The translations under genes were made by a program, and so were the position numbers. This document shows, one piece after another, positions 27,212-35,897 of a DNA stretch of 64,000 nt. The first letter of the stretch is position 1. Every line of letters starts with the position of its first letter. The stretch lies in the NCBI GenBank assembly GCA_964456845.1, contig CAYWCV010000005.1, positions 14,852 through 78,851 on the forward strand. The letters run 5' to 3'. This DNA comes from an uncultured Chitinophagales bacterium. GTDB lineage: Bacteria > Bacteroidota > Rhodothermia > Balneolales > CAYWCV01. The notes under the pieces are model-generated. The model was given only the letters and a program-made list of their open reading frames with translations, ran no database searches and had not been told where the DNA came from.

Positions 27212-27676
27212 TTATTGGTTGTTGTTTTGGGAGCGCAGATATTCGAGGATGTCTCTGGCCTCTTCCTCCGTCACGTTCTGAAATGGCATGGGCGTCATGT
27301 ACTCGGCCAGCTTTGCCCTTGCCTCTGGGTGCTTCTGAACCATTTCTGCCGGATTCAGAATCATGTTCATGATGTAGGCGCCCGATCGTGTTTCGGTGAC
27401 TTGGGCTAAGTCGGGACCTACATACCGGTCGCCAAATTTGTGGCACGACATACATTTGCTGTCGAATATGGCCTTGCCCCTCTCCACCATCGCGGGGTCG
27501 ATATCGCCGTAGTCGAACTGCTGGGTAATTGGACCGATGCCGTGTTCCTGCTCGAAGGCAGACAGCCCATTTCCGGGTGTCGTGCTTGATGCAGACGATG
27601 CATCCGATGCCGGATCATCCCCTGTGGAGCACGCGACCATACCGAAGAGGGCTAGTGAATAGAGAAGGTATTTCAT
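27212..27676 (-). CDS. monohaem c-type cytochrome lipoprotein, probable electron donor to NosZ
   Basis: One CMSCH haem-binding site. Lipobox GMVAC. It lies 10 nt upstream of nosZ. Confidence 0.8.
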   Translation of the reverse strand: MKYLLYSLALFGMVACSTGDDPASDASSASSTTPGNGLSAFEQEHGIGPITQQFDYGDIDPAMVERGKAIFDSKCMSCHKFGDRYVGPDLAQVTETRSGAYIMNMILNPAEMVQKHPEARAKLAEYMTPMPFQNVTEEEARDILEYLRSQNNNQ

Positions 27677-27775
27677 ATTTAGTACAATTTTATCCTAATT
27701 TATGGCCGCAGTATGCCACATGACACGAAAAGACTATGATGCGGAAGTGGCGGCAGGCAAGGTGCGGTGATTTGT

Positions 27776-27801
27776 TTGTATATTAAGTACTATTTTATCT
27801 T
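27776..27801 (-). promoter_or_regulatory. bipartite AT-rich motif TTGTATATT-N6-TATTTTATCTT upstream of the nos operon
   Basis: The same architecture occurs upstream of the Rrf2 gene, with an identical 11-mer and a near-identical 9/10-mer at the same 6-nt spacing. It is a candidate Rrf2 operator or shared promoter core. Confidence 0.3.
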
Positions 27802-27835
27802 TTATCAATAGCAAACAAGATAATTTTTCCAAAAA

Positions 27836-28270
27836 CTACAAATGAAGCCTCAAACCAAGCGAATTGATATCCACCGTAATGTCGGCCAGGCCCCTCGATA
27901 TAAAGGCTCCCTTGAGGTCCTCGCGAATTTTTGCCCATTCATGATGCAGCGGACAAGGCTTCTGCTCGCCGCACCCGGGCAGCCCAAGGATACACTGTAC
28001 GAACATGGACTCGCCATCGATCGCCTTGATCACGTCGTACATGCTGATGTCAGCCGATGGCTTCGCTAGCGCCACTCCCCCCTTCGCACCTCGTACGCTG
28101 TGGAGCATTCCATGCTGGGTTAGAATCTGGAGGATTTTCGTCAGAAACGCAAAACTGATGTTTAGTTCCGTACTGATGGTCCGAATCGATATGTACTCGC
28201 CGGGCTTGGATTCCTTTGCGATGTAAAGCATCGACAGGATACCGTAGTTGCATGCTTGTGACAGTATCAT
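27836..28270 (-). CDS. Rrf2-family transcriptional regulator (NsrR/IscR-like, three-Cys cluster site)
   Basis: Winged HTH ISIRTISTELNISFAFLTKILQILTQHGMLHSVRGAKGG. The C-terminal cysteines are CILGLPGCGEQKPC. Confidence 0.85.
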   Translation of the reverse strand: MILSQACNYGILSMLYIAKESKPGEYISIRTISTELNISFAFLTKILQILTQHGMLHSVRGAKGGVALAKPSADISMYDVIKAIDGESMFVQCILGLPGCGEQKPCPLHHEWAKIREDLKGAFISRGLADITVDINSLGLRLHL

Positions 28271-28278
28271 GTGGCAAT

Positions 28279-28305
28279 TGATATATTGCGGAGTATTTTA
28301 TCTTA
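28279..28305 (-). promoter_or_regulatory. bipartite AT-rich motif TTGATATATT-N6-TATTTTATCTT upstream of the Rrf2 gene
   Basis: Second copy of the motif seen at 27776..27801. It lies 9-35 bp upstream of the Rrf2 ATG. Confidence 0.3.
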
Positions 28306-28397
28306 TTTTAATGACTTGCTAGGACAAATACAAGTGGAATCCGGCATCTGAGAATCCTTTTTACACGTTTTAGTTTCATTCTGCGTTATTTTGGTGC

Positions 28398-31300
28398 ATG
28401 GCTGCACAGCATTTTTTTACGACTTCGGACATCAGGGCTGCTTATGCCGGCAAACGGCACAAGCTTCACGGGCTATACCTAGCGTTTTCCATTTCGCTGG
28501 TGGTCGGCACCCTTGCACATGCTCAGCACGCTCCGTTTCAGCTCACGACACCGAACACGCCGGAGACAATACGGATCAATACGCAGCCATCCGATTCAAC
28601 TCGTGAGTGGATCGTCGTTTTCGATGATCGTTTACCAGAAAAGACAGCACTTGCTAACCGGTTTGAATCGGACCTTCAAAGGGCATTAAACCGCCATTCT
28701 GGATCCCTGAAAGCATCCGAAGCGCATGTAAAGGCATTGCCCCTGATCAACGGGGCGGTGTTCTCCGCTCCGACCAGGGTTCTGCCGGAGCTACTAGACC
28801 ACTCCTATATCGCGTACATCGACATTAACCATGAGGTGACACTACATCCTGTCAGTGATGCAGGCACCATATCAACTGGCTATTTTGGTCGAAACCTTAC
28901 GAGGGTGGCTGATGGCGGCATTGGGGTAAACATTGCCATCATCGATACAGGTGTCGACTACACCCATCCGGACCTTGGCGGATGTCTTGGGGCGACCTGC
29001 AAGGTTATCGGTGGATATGACACGGTCGACGACGATCCCGATCCATTCGACGAAAACGGCCATGGCACCCATGTGGCGGGAATAGCAGCGGGTACGGGGT
29101 TATCGAACGGAGTTGCGCAGGGCGCCAAGATCCTTGCCTACAGGGCGCTGAACGCGGCAGGGTCTGGCACGTTCGCGACAACCATCGAGGCTATAGAGCG
29201 GGCAATAGCCGACGGCGCGCACATCATCAACATGAGCTTGGGTTCCTCGAGCGCACCTCCCGGGAACCCTCTTAACCTTGCGGTAAGGGAGGCGGTGAAA
29301 CAAGGGGTTCTGGTGGTGGCCTCGGCCGGAAACAACGGACCGCAATGGGGGACCATATCATCGCCCGGCAACGAGGAGCTTGCACTTACGGTGGGCGCAA
29401 TTCGTTCGGACGACATGGTCGCCGCGTTCAGCTCGAGAGGGCCATCCCGTATTAACTTCGCGTTGAAGCCGGATGTCAGCGCTCCAGGTGTCGACATCTT
29501 GTCGGCGGTTCCGGGAGGGGGCCACCTACGACTGAGCGGAACCTCGATGGCTGCGCCCCATGTGGCCGGGATCGCCGCACTCTATCGTGAACGGATGCCG
29601 CAATCTGACGTACTCGCCATCAAGGCCAGGATCATCCAATCGGCACGGCCGCTGAATCAGCCGTTGTGGCACACCGGTTTGGGGAAGGCGTCATCAGACA
29701 TCGCTCACAGCCGGCAGGTGGCGATCCACCCCGCTTCCATAAGCGTACGGGTATCCAAACCTGAAACGATTGACGGAACCCAGATCGTAGAGGGTTCCTT
29801 GAGGGCCTGGAATTTCGGCGACTTTGCAACAAACGCGCGGATAACTTGGGATGTACCCGCCGGAGTCGACCTTCAAATGCCTCAGACTGTGAATTTGCCG
29901 TCTTTGGGGGAAATCGAGATTCCATACCGCATCCTGATAGACCCCAATGTTGTGACCTATCCAACCGATAGCCCGCCCATTTTTATGGGAAGCATCCGTA
30001 TTGTTGCACATGCAGACACCGTCGTCATCCCAATTCTCGTTGCAAGGCCTTCCGAGATCGTATTCGAGTTCCAGAGCCCGCCGAGCATTGTCGTAGTGCA
30101 CGACCGTAAGGGCGGGTTTGAATTCCGAGGCAACCCAGGACGCGTCTTCTCGATGCTCACGGGTGCCGGATCGTACGATGTTTGGGCGATCAGGGATGAG
30201 GATGCTACAAAATGGGTCTTTGAAGGTGTCGAGGTGCTCGGATCAACCACCTTAACGGTAAACGAGACTGATGCCAAAAACACGCTCCGCTACGATCTGT
30301 CGGATCCCAACGGGGTCAATGTCGGAGCTTGTGGATACTCGCGGGAGTTTTTAAGGCACAAGCCCTCCAAATTAGCCTTGTCGTACCAATATGAGCGTTC
30401 GTGTGCAGAAGTATCCGAACTGGTCATCCAAAATCAGATATCGGATATTAGTTCGCACTATCTGTATGAGGTCAGCCATGTCGCCTATGGAGCTGCCACA
30501 GCATACGAGTATCTGAGATATCCGTTCCGATTCGACGGTGGGATAACCGGAAACAGGCTGCTTCGATCAGGTGGTACCGATTTTAAACCCGTCAGATGGC
30601 ACTATGTCATGCCGTCTGGGATCGAGTCGGCATCGTTTATCAGAATTTATGAAACGATAGGCGGCAACATTTATACCCCTCCCAGCTGGCTTAAGTATGC
30701 CATCGTGGATCCTTGGTACCGAACCGAATATCTTACGGCAAACCCTGACCGCACGTTTGCGCCATTCCATCGGCAATACGACAAGATCTATGCCATGGAG
30801 GCCAATCAGTTTGATCCTGACCAAGACGCGGTGTTGTTGACGACACCCTCGGCCGCCCTCATCCAAAACGACTCTTTGATTCTCGGTGTTGCGGAGCTGC
30901 CGAGTGCTCGAGACGTGACTGTGCCGTACGACGGGGAGCCGATCGTGATCGGTGCAGGTCCCGACAGCTGGAGCCCGGGGTCCATGACATTGACAGATCA
31001 GGTGCTCCAGATCCCAACGACCAATTCATGGTTTCTAGGATGGAACCGTGAGATGAGGACCGGGATAGTGGAACTCGAGGTGCTCGACGAACGTGGACAA
31101 CCTGTACTTGGAAAATCCGTTAAAAACGGCATCCCAAATCTCGGAAGCATCAAGACCGAAGATTGGATCACCATCCCCGTTTCGAACGATTATCATTCCC
31201 TCCACCTCACACGGTCTGACACCTGGCTCGAAACCAGGAATCAAGTGACTAGCGTTTCGGTTGCTCTGAACGAAATATCGATCCAAACGGCCCAGAACTG

Positions 31301-32207
31301 CATCCACAGAGTCGCGATGATCGATCCAGACGGCTTTGTCGTCCAACGAACTGCGACATCTTCGGGAGTTCACCTAGTGATCGAAAGCCGGAACTGCGAC
31401 ATCGTGCCGGACGTGACGATTAGCGATTGGAAAAACCAAGGGTCCACCAGATTATCAGGATCGATAACCTATCTGGACGACCGCCGAATCACGCGATTTG
31501 CACTACCCGAAGGGTTACCCACGGGTTATGTCGACGTCGATGTACGTCTTCAATTTCAGGGTGAGAACTTATTTCGGCAGACGGTATCTCCTGCCCTTCT
31601 GTTGACAAACAACCAGCCTGTGGAGGTCCCACCGAAGGCCCCCAGCCTGACCAGCCCAGCATCGAGGCAATTCGTTTTCGACAACCAGGTCGAGTTGAAG
31701 TGGAACGAAGTTGACGGTGCATACCAGTACAGGGTGCAGCTTGCGATGGATGCTGATTTCGCGATGGTTGTCGAAGACAGCACAGTGAACGTGGCAAACA
31801 CGCGATTTTCTGTATATGGATACGGCATACAGTGGTATTGGCGTGTATCTGCAAAAAACGACCAGGGATGGGGCCCATGGTCATTGCGGCGCAGCTTCAC
31901 AACGGTGATCGAATCGACCACTATGCACGAAACGGACGTTCCGCATGAGTGGTATCTAGGGCAAAATTTCCCGAATCCATTCAACCCGTCTACGCAGATA
32001 CAATTCGGGATCGGCGCCGTCGAACCTGTTCGATTGGAAATTTACTCATTGACAGGCCAACTTGTGAAATCGGTCGATTTCGGGACGCTAAACGCAGGTT
32101 CTCATTCGATATCGGTCGATTTGGGGCGCCTGGCGAGCGGTCTTTACCTGTACCAAATCAGCACACCGAGCTTCCGGCAGTCAAAAAAGATGACCTTAAT
32201 CAAGTAG
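28398..32207 (+). CDS. 1269-aa subtilisin-like (S8) serine protease with T9SS CTD
   Basis: The catalytic triad contexts are AIIDTGVDYTHPDL, HGTHVAGIAAG and SGTSMAAPHVAGIAAL. It has a long beta-rich extension and an FN3-like module. CTD is FPNPFNPSTQIQF...GLYLYQI...KMTLIK. Confidence 0.9.
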   Translation: MAAQHFFTTSDIRAAYAGKRHKLHGLYLAFSISLVVGTLAHAQHAPFQLTTPNTPETIRINTQPSDSTREWIVVFDDRLPEKTALANRFESDLQRALNRHSGSLKASEAHVKALPLINGAVFSAPTRVLPELLDHSYIAYIDINHEVTLHPVSDAGTISTGYFGRNLTRVADGGIGVNIAIIDTGVDYTHPDLGGCLGATCKVIGGYDTVDDDPDPFDENGHGTHVAGIAAGTGLSNGVAQGAKILAYRALNAAGSGTFATTIEAIERAIADGAHIINMSLGSSSAPPGNPLNLAVREAVKQGVLVVASAGNNGPQWGTISSPGNEELALTVGAIRSDDMVAAFSSRGPSRINFALKPDVSAPGVDILSAVPGGGHLRLSGTSMAAPHVAGIAALYRERMPQSDVLAIKARIIQSARPLNQPLWHTGLGKASSDIAHSRQVAIHPASISVRVSKPETIDGTQIVEGSLRAWNFGDFATNARITWDVPAGVDLQMPQTVNLPSLGEIEIPYRILIDPNVVTYPTDSPPIFMGSIRIVAHADTVVIPILVARPSEIVFEFQSPPSIVVVHDRKGGFEFRGNPGRVFSMLTGAGSYDVWAIRDEDATKWVFEGVEVLGSTTLTVNETDAKNTLRYDLSDPNGVNVGACGYSREFLRHKPSKLALSYQYERSCAEVSELVIQNQISDISSHYLYEVSHVAYGAATAYEYLRYPFRFDGGITGNRLLRSGGTDFKPVRWHYVMPSGIESASFIRIYETIGGNIYTPPSWLKYAIVDPWYRTEYLTANPDRTFAPFHRQYDKIYAMEANQFDPDQDAVLLTTPSAALIQNDSLILGVAELPSARDVTVPYDGEPIVIGAGPDSWSPGSMTLTDQVLQIPTTNSWFLGWNREMRTGIVELEVLDERGQPVLGKSVKNGIPNLGSIKTEDWITIPVSNDYHSLHLTRSDTWLETRNQVTSVSVALNEISIQTAQNCIHRVAMIDPDGFVVQRTATSSGVHLVIESRNCDIVPDVTISDWKNQGSTRLSGSITYLDDRRITRFALPEGLPTGYVDVDVRLQFQGENLFRQTVSPALLLTNNQPVEVPPKAPSLTSPASRQFVFDNQVELKWNEVDGAYQYRVQLAMDADFAMVVEDSTVNVANTRFSVYGYGIQWYWRVSAKNDQGWGPWSLRRSFTTVIESTTMHETDVPHEWYLGQNFPNPFNPSTQIQFGIGAVEPVRLEIYSLTGQLVKSVDFGTLNAGSHSISVDLGRLASGLYLYQISTPSFRQSKKMTLIK

Positions 32208-32218
32208 TGGCTGATGCA

Positions 32219-34573
32219 TCACTCTTTCCATGCGGAAGGTGGGGCAGGATCAGGTTCGATCACTTCATTATTCAAGATGATGGCCATCCCTCCCCTGGTT
32301 TCGCGGATTTCAAAACGCTGTTCATTTCCGCTCAACTCAAGGATCACGGGGTGCTCCATGCCCGGAACCATGAACCTCAGCGGCATCGGGCTGGCCGCCT
32401 CCGACCCTTCGACTCGCATCAGCCAGGTCCAGTTGCCTTGCGAAACCACCCTGCGAAGCTCAAGAGTATAACCTGCAAATGTCCTGGTCGCCATGACATT
32501 GCCCCATGTGCCCGGAAACTGCGGTTTCAACTCGAAACCGGTTCCGATCGTATACCGCAGTCCGACATAATCCTCAGCGATGTTCCTGATGAACTCGGAG
32601 AGGCTCCACGCTTGCGACCATGTACCCGATAACGCGGGGATGGAATCGGCCACACCTGCTTCGTTACGCAGGCTCATCTGATCTAAGCGGGATATCCCGG
32701 CAAAATTTTCGGCATCCGGATAGGTGGTGGCAAAGACACCTTCTCTCGGCTTGGAGTCGATCAACTCGGGTAAAGTGCCCAGCGTGATATTTTCGAGCAT
32801 GAGATCGACATAATTTCGGGTCACTTCCCAGGCCTTGTCCACCATGCCCTGCCGGAGCAGCAGCTCGATCCATATACCTGTGTTCCACAGCCATACGATA
32901 CCGTTATGATAGGAGGCATCCTGCTCGTAGAGCGGCTCTGCTTTGTGATAGGCCAGATATTTCGGGTCGGACGGATCAAGCGAGGAAATTCCCCACGGTG
33001 TGCCCAAGCGGTTGGTAGCCTGCAAGATGATGTCGCGTTTCGTTTGGGTCCCGGGGACAAGGTGCGTCGCAAACAGTGCGTTTGGCCTTAGTTGAAACGA
33101 TGGCACCCCATTTGGTAGGATCGCATCATACACATATGGGTTGGGGACCTGGGGGTCGTCGGCACCTGTGTTGCGAAACAGGACCTGAAATGACTCAAGT
33201 GCCTGATCGCGGGTTTGGTCGGCGATGGCAACGACCTGATCGGCCCTGGAGCCCCTCGTAAACCTCGCAAGGTTTGCCGCGGCCTGTAGCGCGTCGATCC
33301 AAAGCGCCTGTATATCGACGGCCCTGTCGCCCCTTGGCGAATACGGCCCCAGGGGGCCAACGGCATCCATCCACGTATCTGCGGCGCCATGCGTGAGCAA
33401 CGCGCTCGAATCGGTCCGATTGATCAGGGTTCCATGAATGGCAGCATCAACGTTTGGGAATACGCGTCTGGCAAAGGCAGTGTCACCAGAGTAGGCGACA
33501 TAGCGGTCGGCCTCGATGAGGAATCTAGGTGTGGCATCCGCCGTGTTGTAGATGATTTCGTCGGGACGCACGCGATTCGGGATCTTCCCGTAATCGCTGC
33601 TCGACGAATCCAAGTTCTGGAACTTGAGAAAGGATTCGAGATTGTCGGCAGCGAGCCGATACTGACCCGTCACTGTGAGGGCGCGCAATGCGATGAACGA
33701 ATCTCGGCCCCAATAGTCCTGAAACCACGGATATCCCGCATAGATCCCCTTGCCCAAACCGGTTAACTCTTCATCCATGTTCAGTGCATCGAACGAACTA
33801 AGTGCCCAAACCCAAGCATCGTTCAATCTTTGGTCGTCTGTGAAAAATGTCGATGCCGTGGCCAGTGCTTCAATTCGTTTCCTTTTTGCGGTCATATGTT
33901 CTTCGATGTCGGCTTCAGTGAGCATTGGTTCACCATCACCGATTCGAATGACGCAGAAAAGATTCGCTGCGTCGGGTCTGATATCGATCTTAAGGTGTGA
34001 ACCGTCCACCACATCGGCGGCAATAAGTGCCCCGCCCAACAGCTGGACCGTCATCAATCGGTTTAAGCTGTGTCGAAGTGGGATGCCAATCGAAGTGGAA
34101 TCGATCACGAGCGAGTCTGTCGCGATATCTGCATGCCATGCGATGTCTTCGATTCTGAATTGAATTGCTGTTGAGCCGTGACCATCCAACCGCACGATAA
34201 TGGCGTCGACCCCATCGGGCATGAACCAGTGTTCCGTTGATCCATTTTCATACCTTCTCTCGAAATCGACAGGTGTGAGGGCGATCTTCGATGCGTCCCT
34301 TGGAAGCAGCGTGCCGTCGAGGTAAATGGATACGTCCCCAAAAATCCGCTCACGGTGGCTGACGTACCCCGTACTCCAATGGTTGTTGTACGCTCGAGAC
34401 TCGGCAGACCAAAAACTCCCCTTTTTGTTGCTGAAGTGGACGATATGGTTTCCTACATCCTTTTCTATGAGTGGCAAACCCACTGTAGTTCGCTCTTGCG
34501 GGTTCGTGCAGTTTGGCAGCAACATCAGTGCCGGTAAGATAAAAAAAAGCAGGCGGGTGAATTTCATGATCAA
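32219..34573 (-). CDS. exported amylo-alpha-1,6-glucosidase / glycogen-debranching-enzyme-like (GDE_C) protein
   Basis: (alpha/alpha)6 barrel motifs: GKGIYAGYPWFQDYWGRDSFIALRAL, GAADTWMDA, PRGDRAVDIQALW, YHNGIVWLWNTG. N-terminal signal MKFTRLLFFILPALMLLPNC. Confidence 0.8.
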   Translation of the reverse strand: MIMKFTRLLFFILPALMLLPNCTNPQERTTVGLPLIEKDVGNHIVHFSNKKGSFWSAESRAYNNHWSTGYVSHRERIFGDVSIYLDGTLLPRDASKIALTPVDFERRYENGSTEHWFMPDGVDAIIVRLDGHGSTAIQFRIEDIAWHADIATDSLVIDSTSIGIPLRHSLNRLMTVQLLGGALIAADVVDGSHLKIDIRPDAANLFCVIRIGDGEPMLTEADIEEHMTAKRKRIEALATASTFFTDDQRLNDAWVWALSSFDALNMDEELTGLGKGIYAGYPWFQDYWGRDSFIALRALTVTGQYRLAADNLESFLKFQNLDSSSSDYGKIPNRVRPDEIIYNTADATPRFLIEADRYVAYSGDTAFARRVFPNVDAAIHGTLINRTDSSALLTHGAADTWMDAVGPLGPYSPRGDRAVDIQALWIDALQAAANLARFTRGSRADQVVAIADQTRDQALESFQVLFRNTGADDPQVPNPYVYDAILPNGVPSFQLRPNALFATHLVPGTQTKRDIILQATNRLGTPWGISSLDPSDPKYLAYHKAEPLYEQDASYHNGIVWLWNTGIWIELLLRQGMVDKAWEVTRNYVDLMLENITLGTLPELIDSKPREGVFATTYPDAENFAGISRLDQMSLRNEAGVADSIPALSGTWSQAWSLSEFIRNIAEDYVGLRYTIGTGFELKPQFPGTWGNVMATRTFAGYTLELRRVVSQGNWTWLMRVEGSEAASPMPLRFMVPGMEHPVILELSGNEQRFEIRETRGGMAIILNNEVIEPDPAPPSAWKE

Positions 34574-34985
34574 AGTTACAAACTCGAACCATTAATCACA
34601 CGCCTGCACGGTGTCGATTTGCTTATCCATGTGGACCATATTTGGTTACGATTAACTCGGCCATGCATTGGGACCTGCTGATACCAACAGAAGGATGCGT
34701 GGCTTCCTCGCTTGGCCGGCGAGATTCCCGAGTATGTTCGCCGCAACATGCTTCAAGCGTTGCACGTGCCAATTCTTCAGCACAAGGTGGTGCATGTGGC
34801 CCCCTTATGCGGAGCTCGATTTTGCGTTTTTCAATCATCACGACCATCGTATTCTCCATTAGTTGTGGGTTCACACCTACTATCACTATATAAATAAACT
34901 TCTATTTTCTTTACCCGTATTATGCCACATTCTTTACTTATTTTGCTTTAATTCGTACTATGACAAAAAATGAAGACGCTAGTAC

Positions 34986-35897
34986 ATGGATCGAGACCAC
35001 GCACTTAAGATGGGTTTAGAGCTGACCAAGTCAGCCATATTCAGGGATTTTGAGGATGCCTTTCACAAGCTCACCAATTTGCCCCTGCATTACATCCCTG
35101 TAGGCAGCGACGAGGCGATCGATGGAATCACCGAGCATGACAACCCGCTGTGCCGTCACTTTCAGGACGATTCGTCCGTTTGTGGCACATGCGCGATGAT
35201 GCATGAACGACTTCGCGAGCACGGCCAATCACAATCGTATACAGCCCAGTGCTTTGCTGGCCTTACAGAATCGGTTGTTCCGGTCAAGCTTGGTGAGGAA
35301 GTGATCGGATTCCTTCAGACTGGCCAAGTGCTCATGCAGGCTCCGAGCGACGAGGAAGTGGACGAAATCGTCGGCAGCCTGAAGACACACGGCGTTGACA
35401 TGAGCAGCGCCAACGTCAGGGAAATGTACCTCGAGAACCATGTGATGTCGAAAGAGCAGTATGATGCCGTGATCCGCATGCTCGAGATCTTTGCCGGGCA
35501 TTTGTCAACCATCGTCAACCAGCTGGCACTCGACAAGACGGACCAAGAGAAGGAGCCTGAACGTGTGGCTATGGCAAGAGCCTACATCACACAGCATCTC
35601 GACGAAAATCTCACCCTCCCCCGAGTGGCGGAAGCGGTCAATACATCTTCCTTTTATTTCAGCAGGATGTTCAAGCAGGTAACCGGGCATACCTTTACCG
35701 AATATCTGGCGATGGCGCGTATCGAGCGGGCAAAGAAGCTTATGCGCGACAACAACAAGAACATTACTCAGATTGCCTACGAGTCGGGGTTTCAGTCGTT
35801 ATCGCAGTTCAACCGTGTATTCAGAAAGGTCCAGAACGAAGCCCCGGGCACCTTCAGGAAGCGGATCCACACGATGTTGGGCACTTCCACCAACTAG
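34986..35897 (+). CDS. AraC-family transcriptional regulator with N-terminal PocR-like sensor domain
   Basis: The Cys-rich sensor region is CRHFQDDSSVCGTCAMMHERL...AQCFAGL. The C-terminal double HTH is VAEAVNTSSFYFSRMFKQVTG....ITQIAYESGFQSLSQFNRVFRK. Confidence 0.85.
   Translation: MDRDHALKMGLELTKSAIFRDFEDAFHKLTNLPLHYIPVGSDEAIDGITEHDNPLCRHFQDDSSVCGTCAMMHERLREHGQSQSYTAQCFAGLTESVVPVKLGEEVIGFLQTGQVLMQAPSDEEVDEIVGSLKTHGVDMSSANVREMYLENHVMSKEQYDAVIRMLEIFAGHLSTIVNQLALDKTDQEKEPERVAMARAYITQHLDENLTLPRVAEAVNTSSFYFSRMFKQVTGHTFTEYLAMARIERAKKLMRDNNKNITQIAYESGFQSLSQFNRVFRKVQNEAPGTFRKRIHTMLGTSTN

Noticed and set aside
21374-27676. I considered whether the nos cluster is itself a novel system, given the absence of nosR/nosX and the presence of a nosB-like gene and a cytochrome c.
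   Set aside because: This gene content and order is the known clade II (Sec-type) nos architecture. Only the lipobox prediction and the regulatory motif are reported as findings.
27677-27835. I looked for an FNR/CRP-type box (TTGAT-N4-ATCAA) in the nos promoter region.
   Set aside because: Only isolated half-sites (ATCAA at about 27804, and TTGAT at about 28279 in the neighbouring region) are present. There is no complete dyad.
34623-34886. An 87-aa minus-strand ORF in the GDE/AraC intergenic region, considered as a possible small gene.
   Set aside because: It has no recognisable motif. It is rich in A/T-ending codons, unlike neighbouring genes, and it competes with overlapping ORFs in other frames. 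It is kept only as part of the unexplained-region finding.
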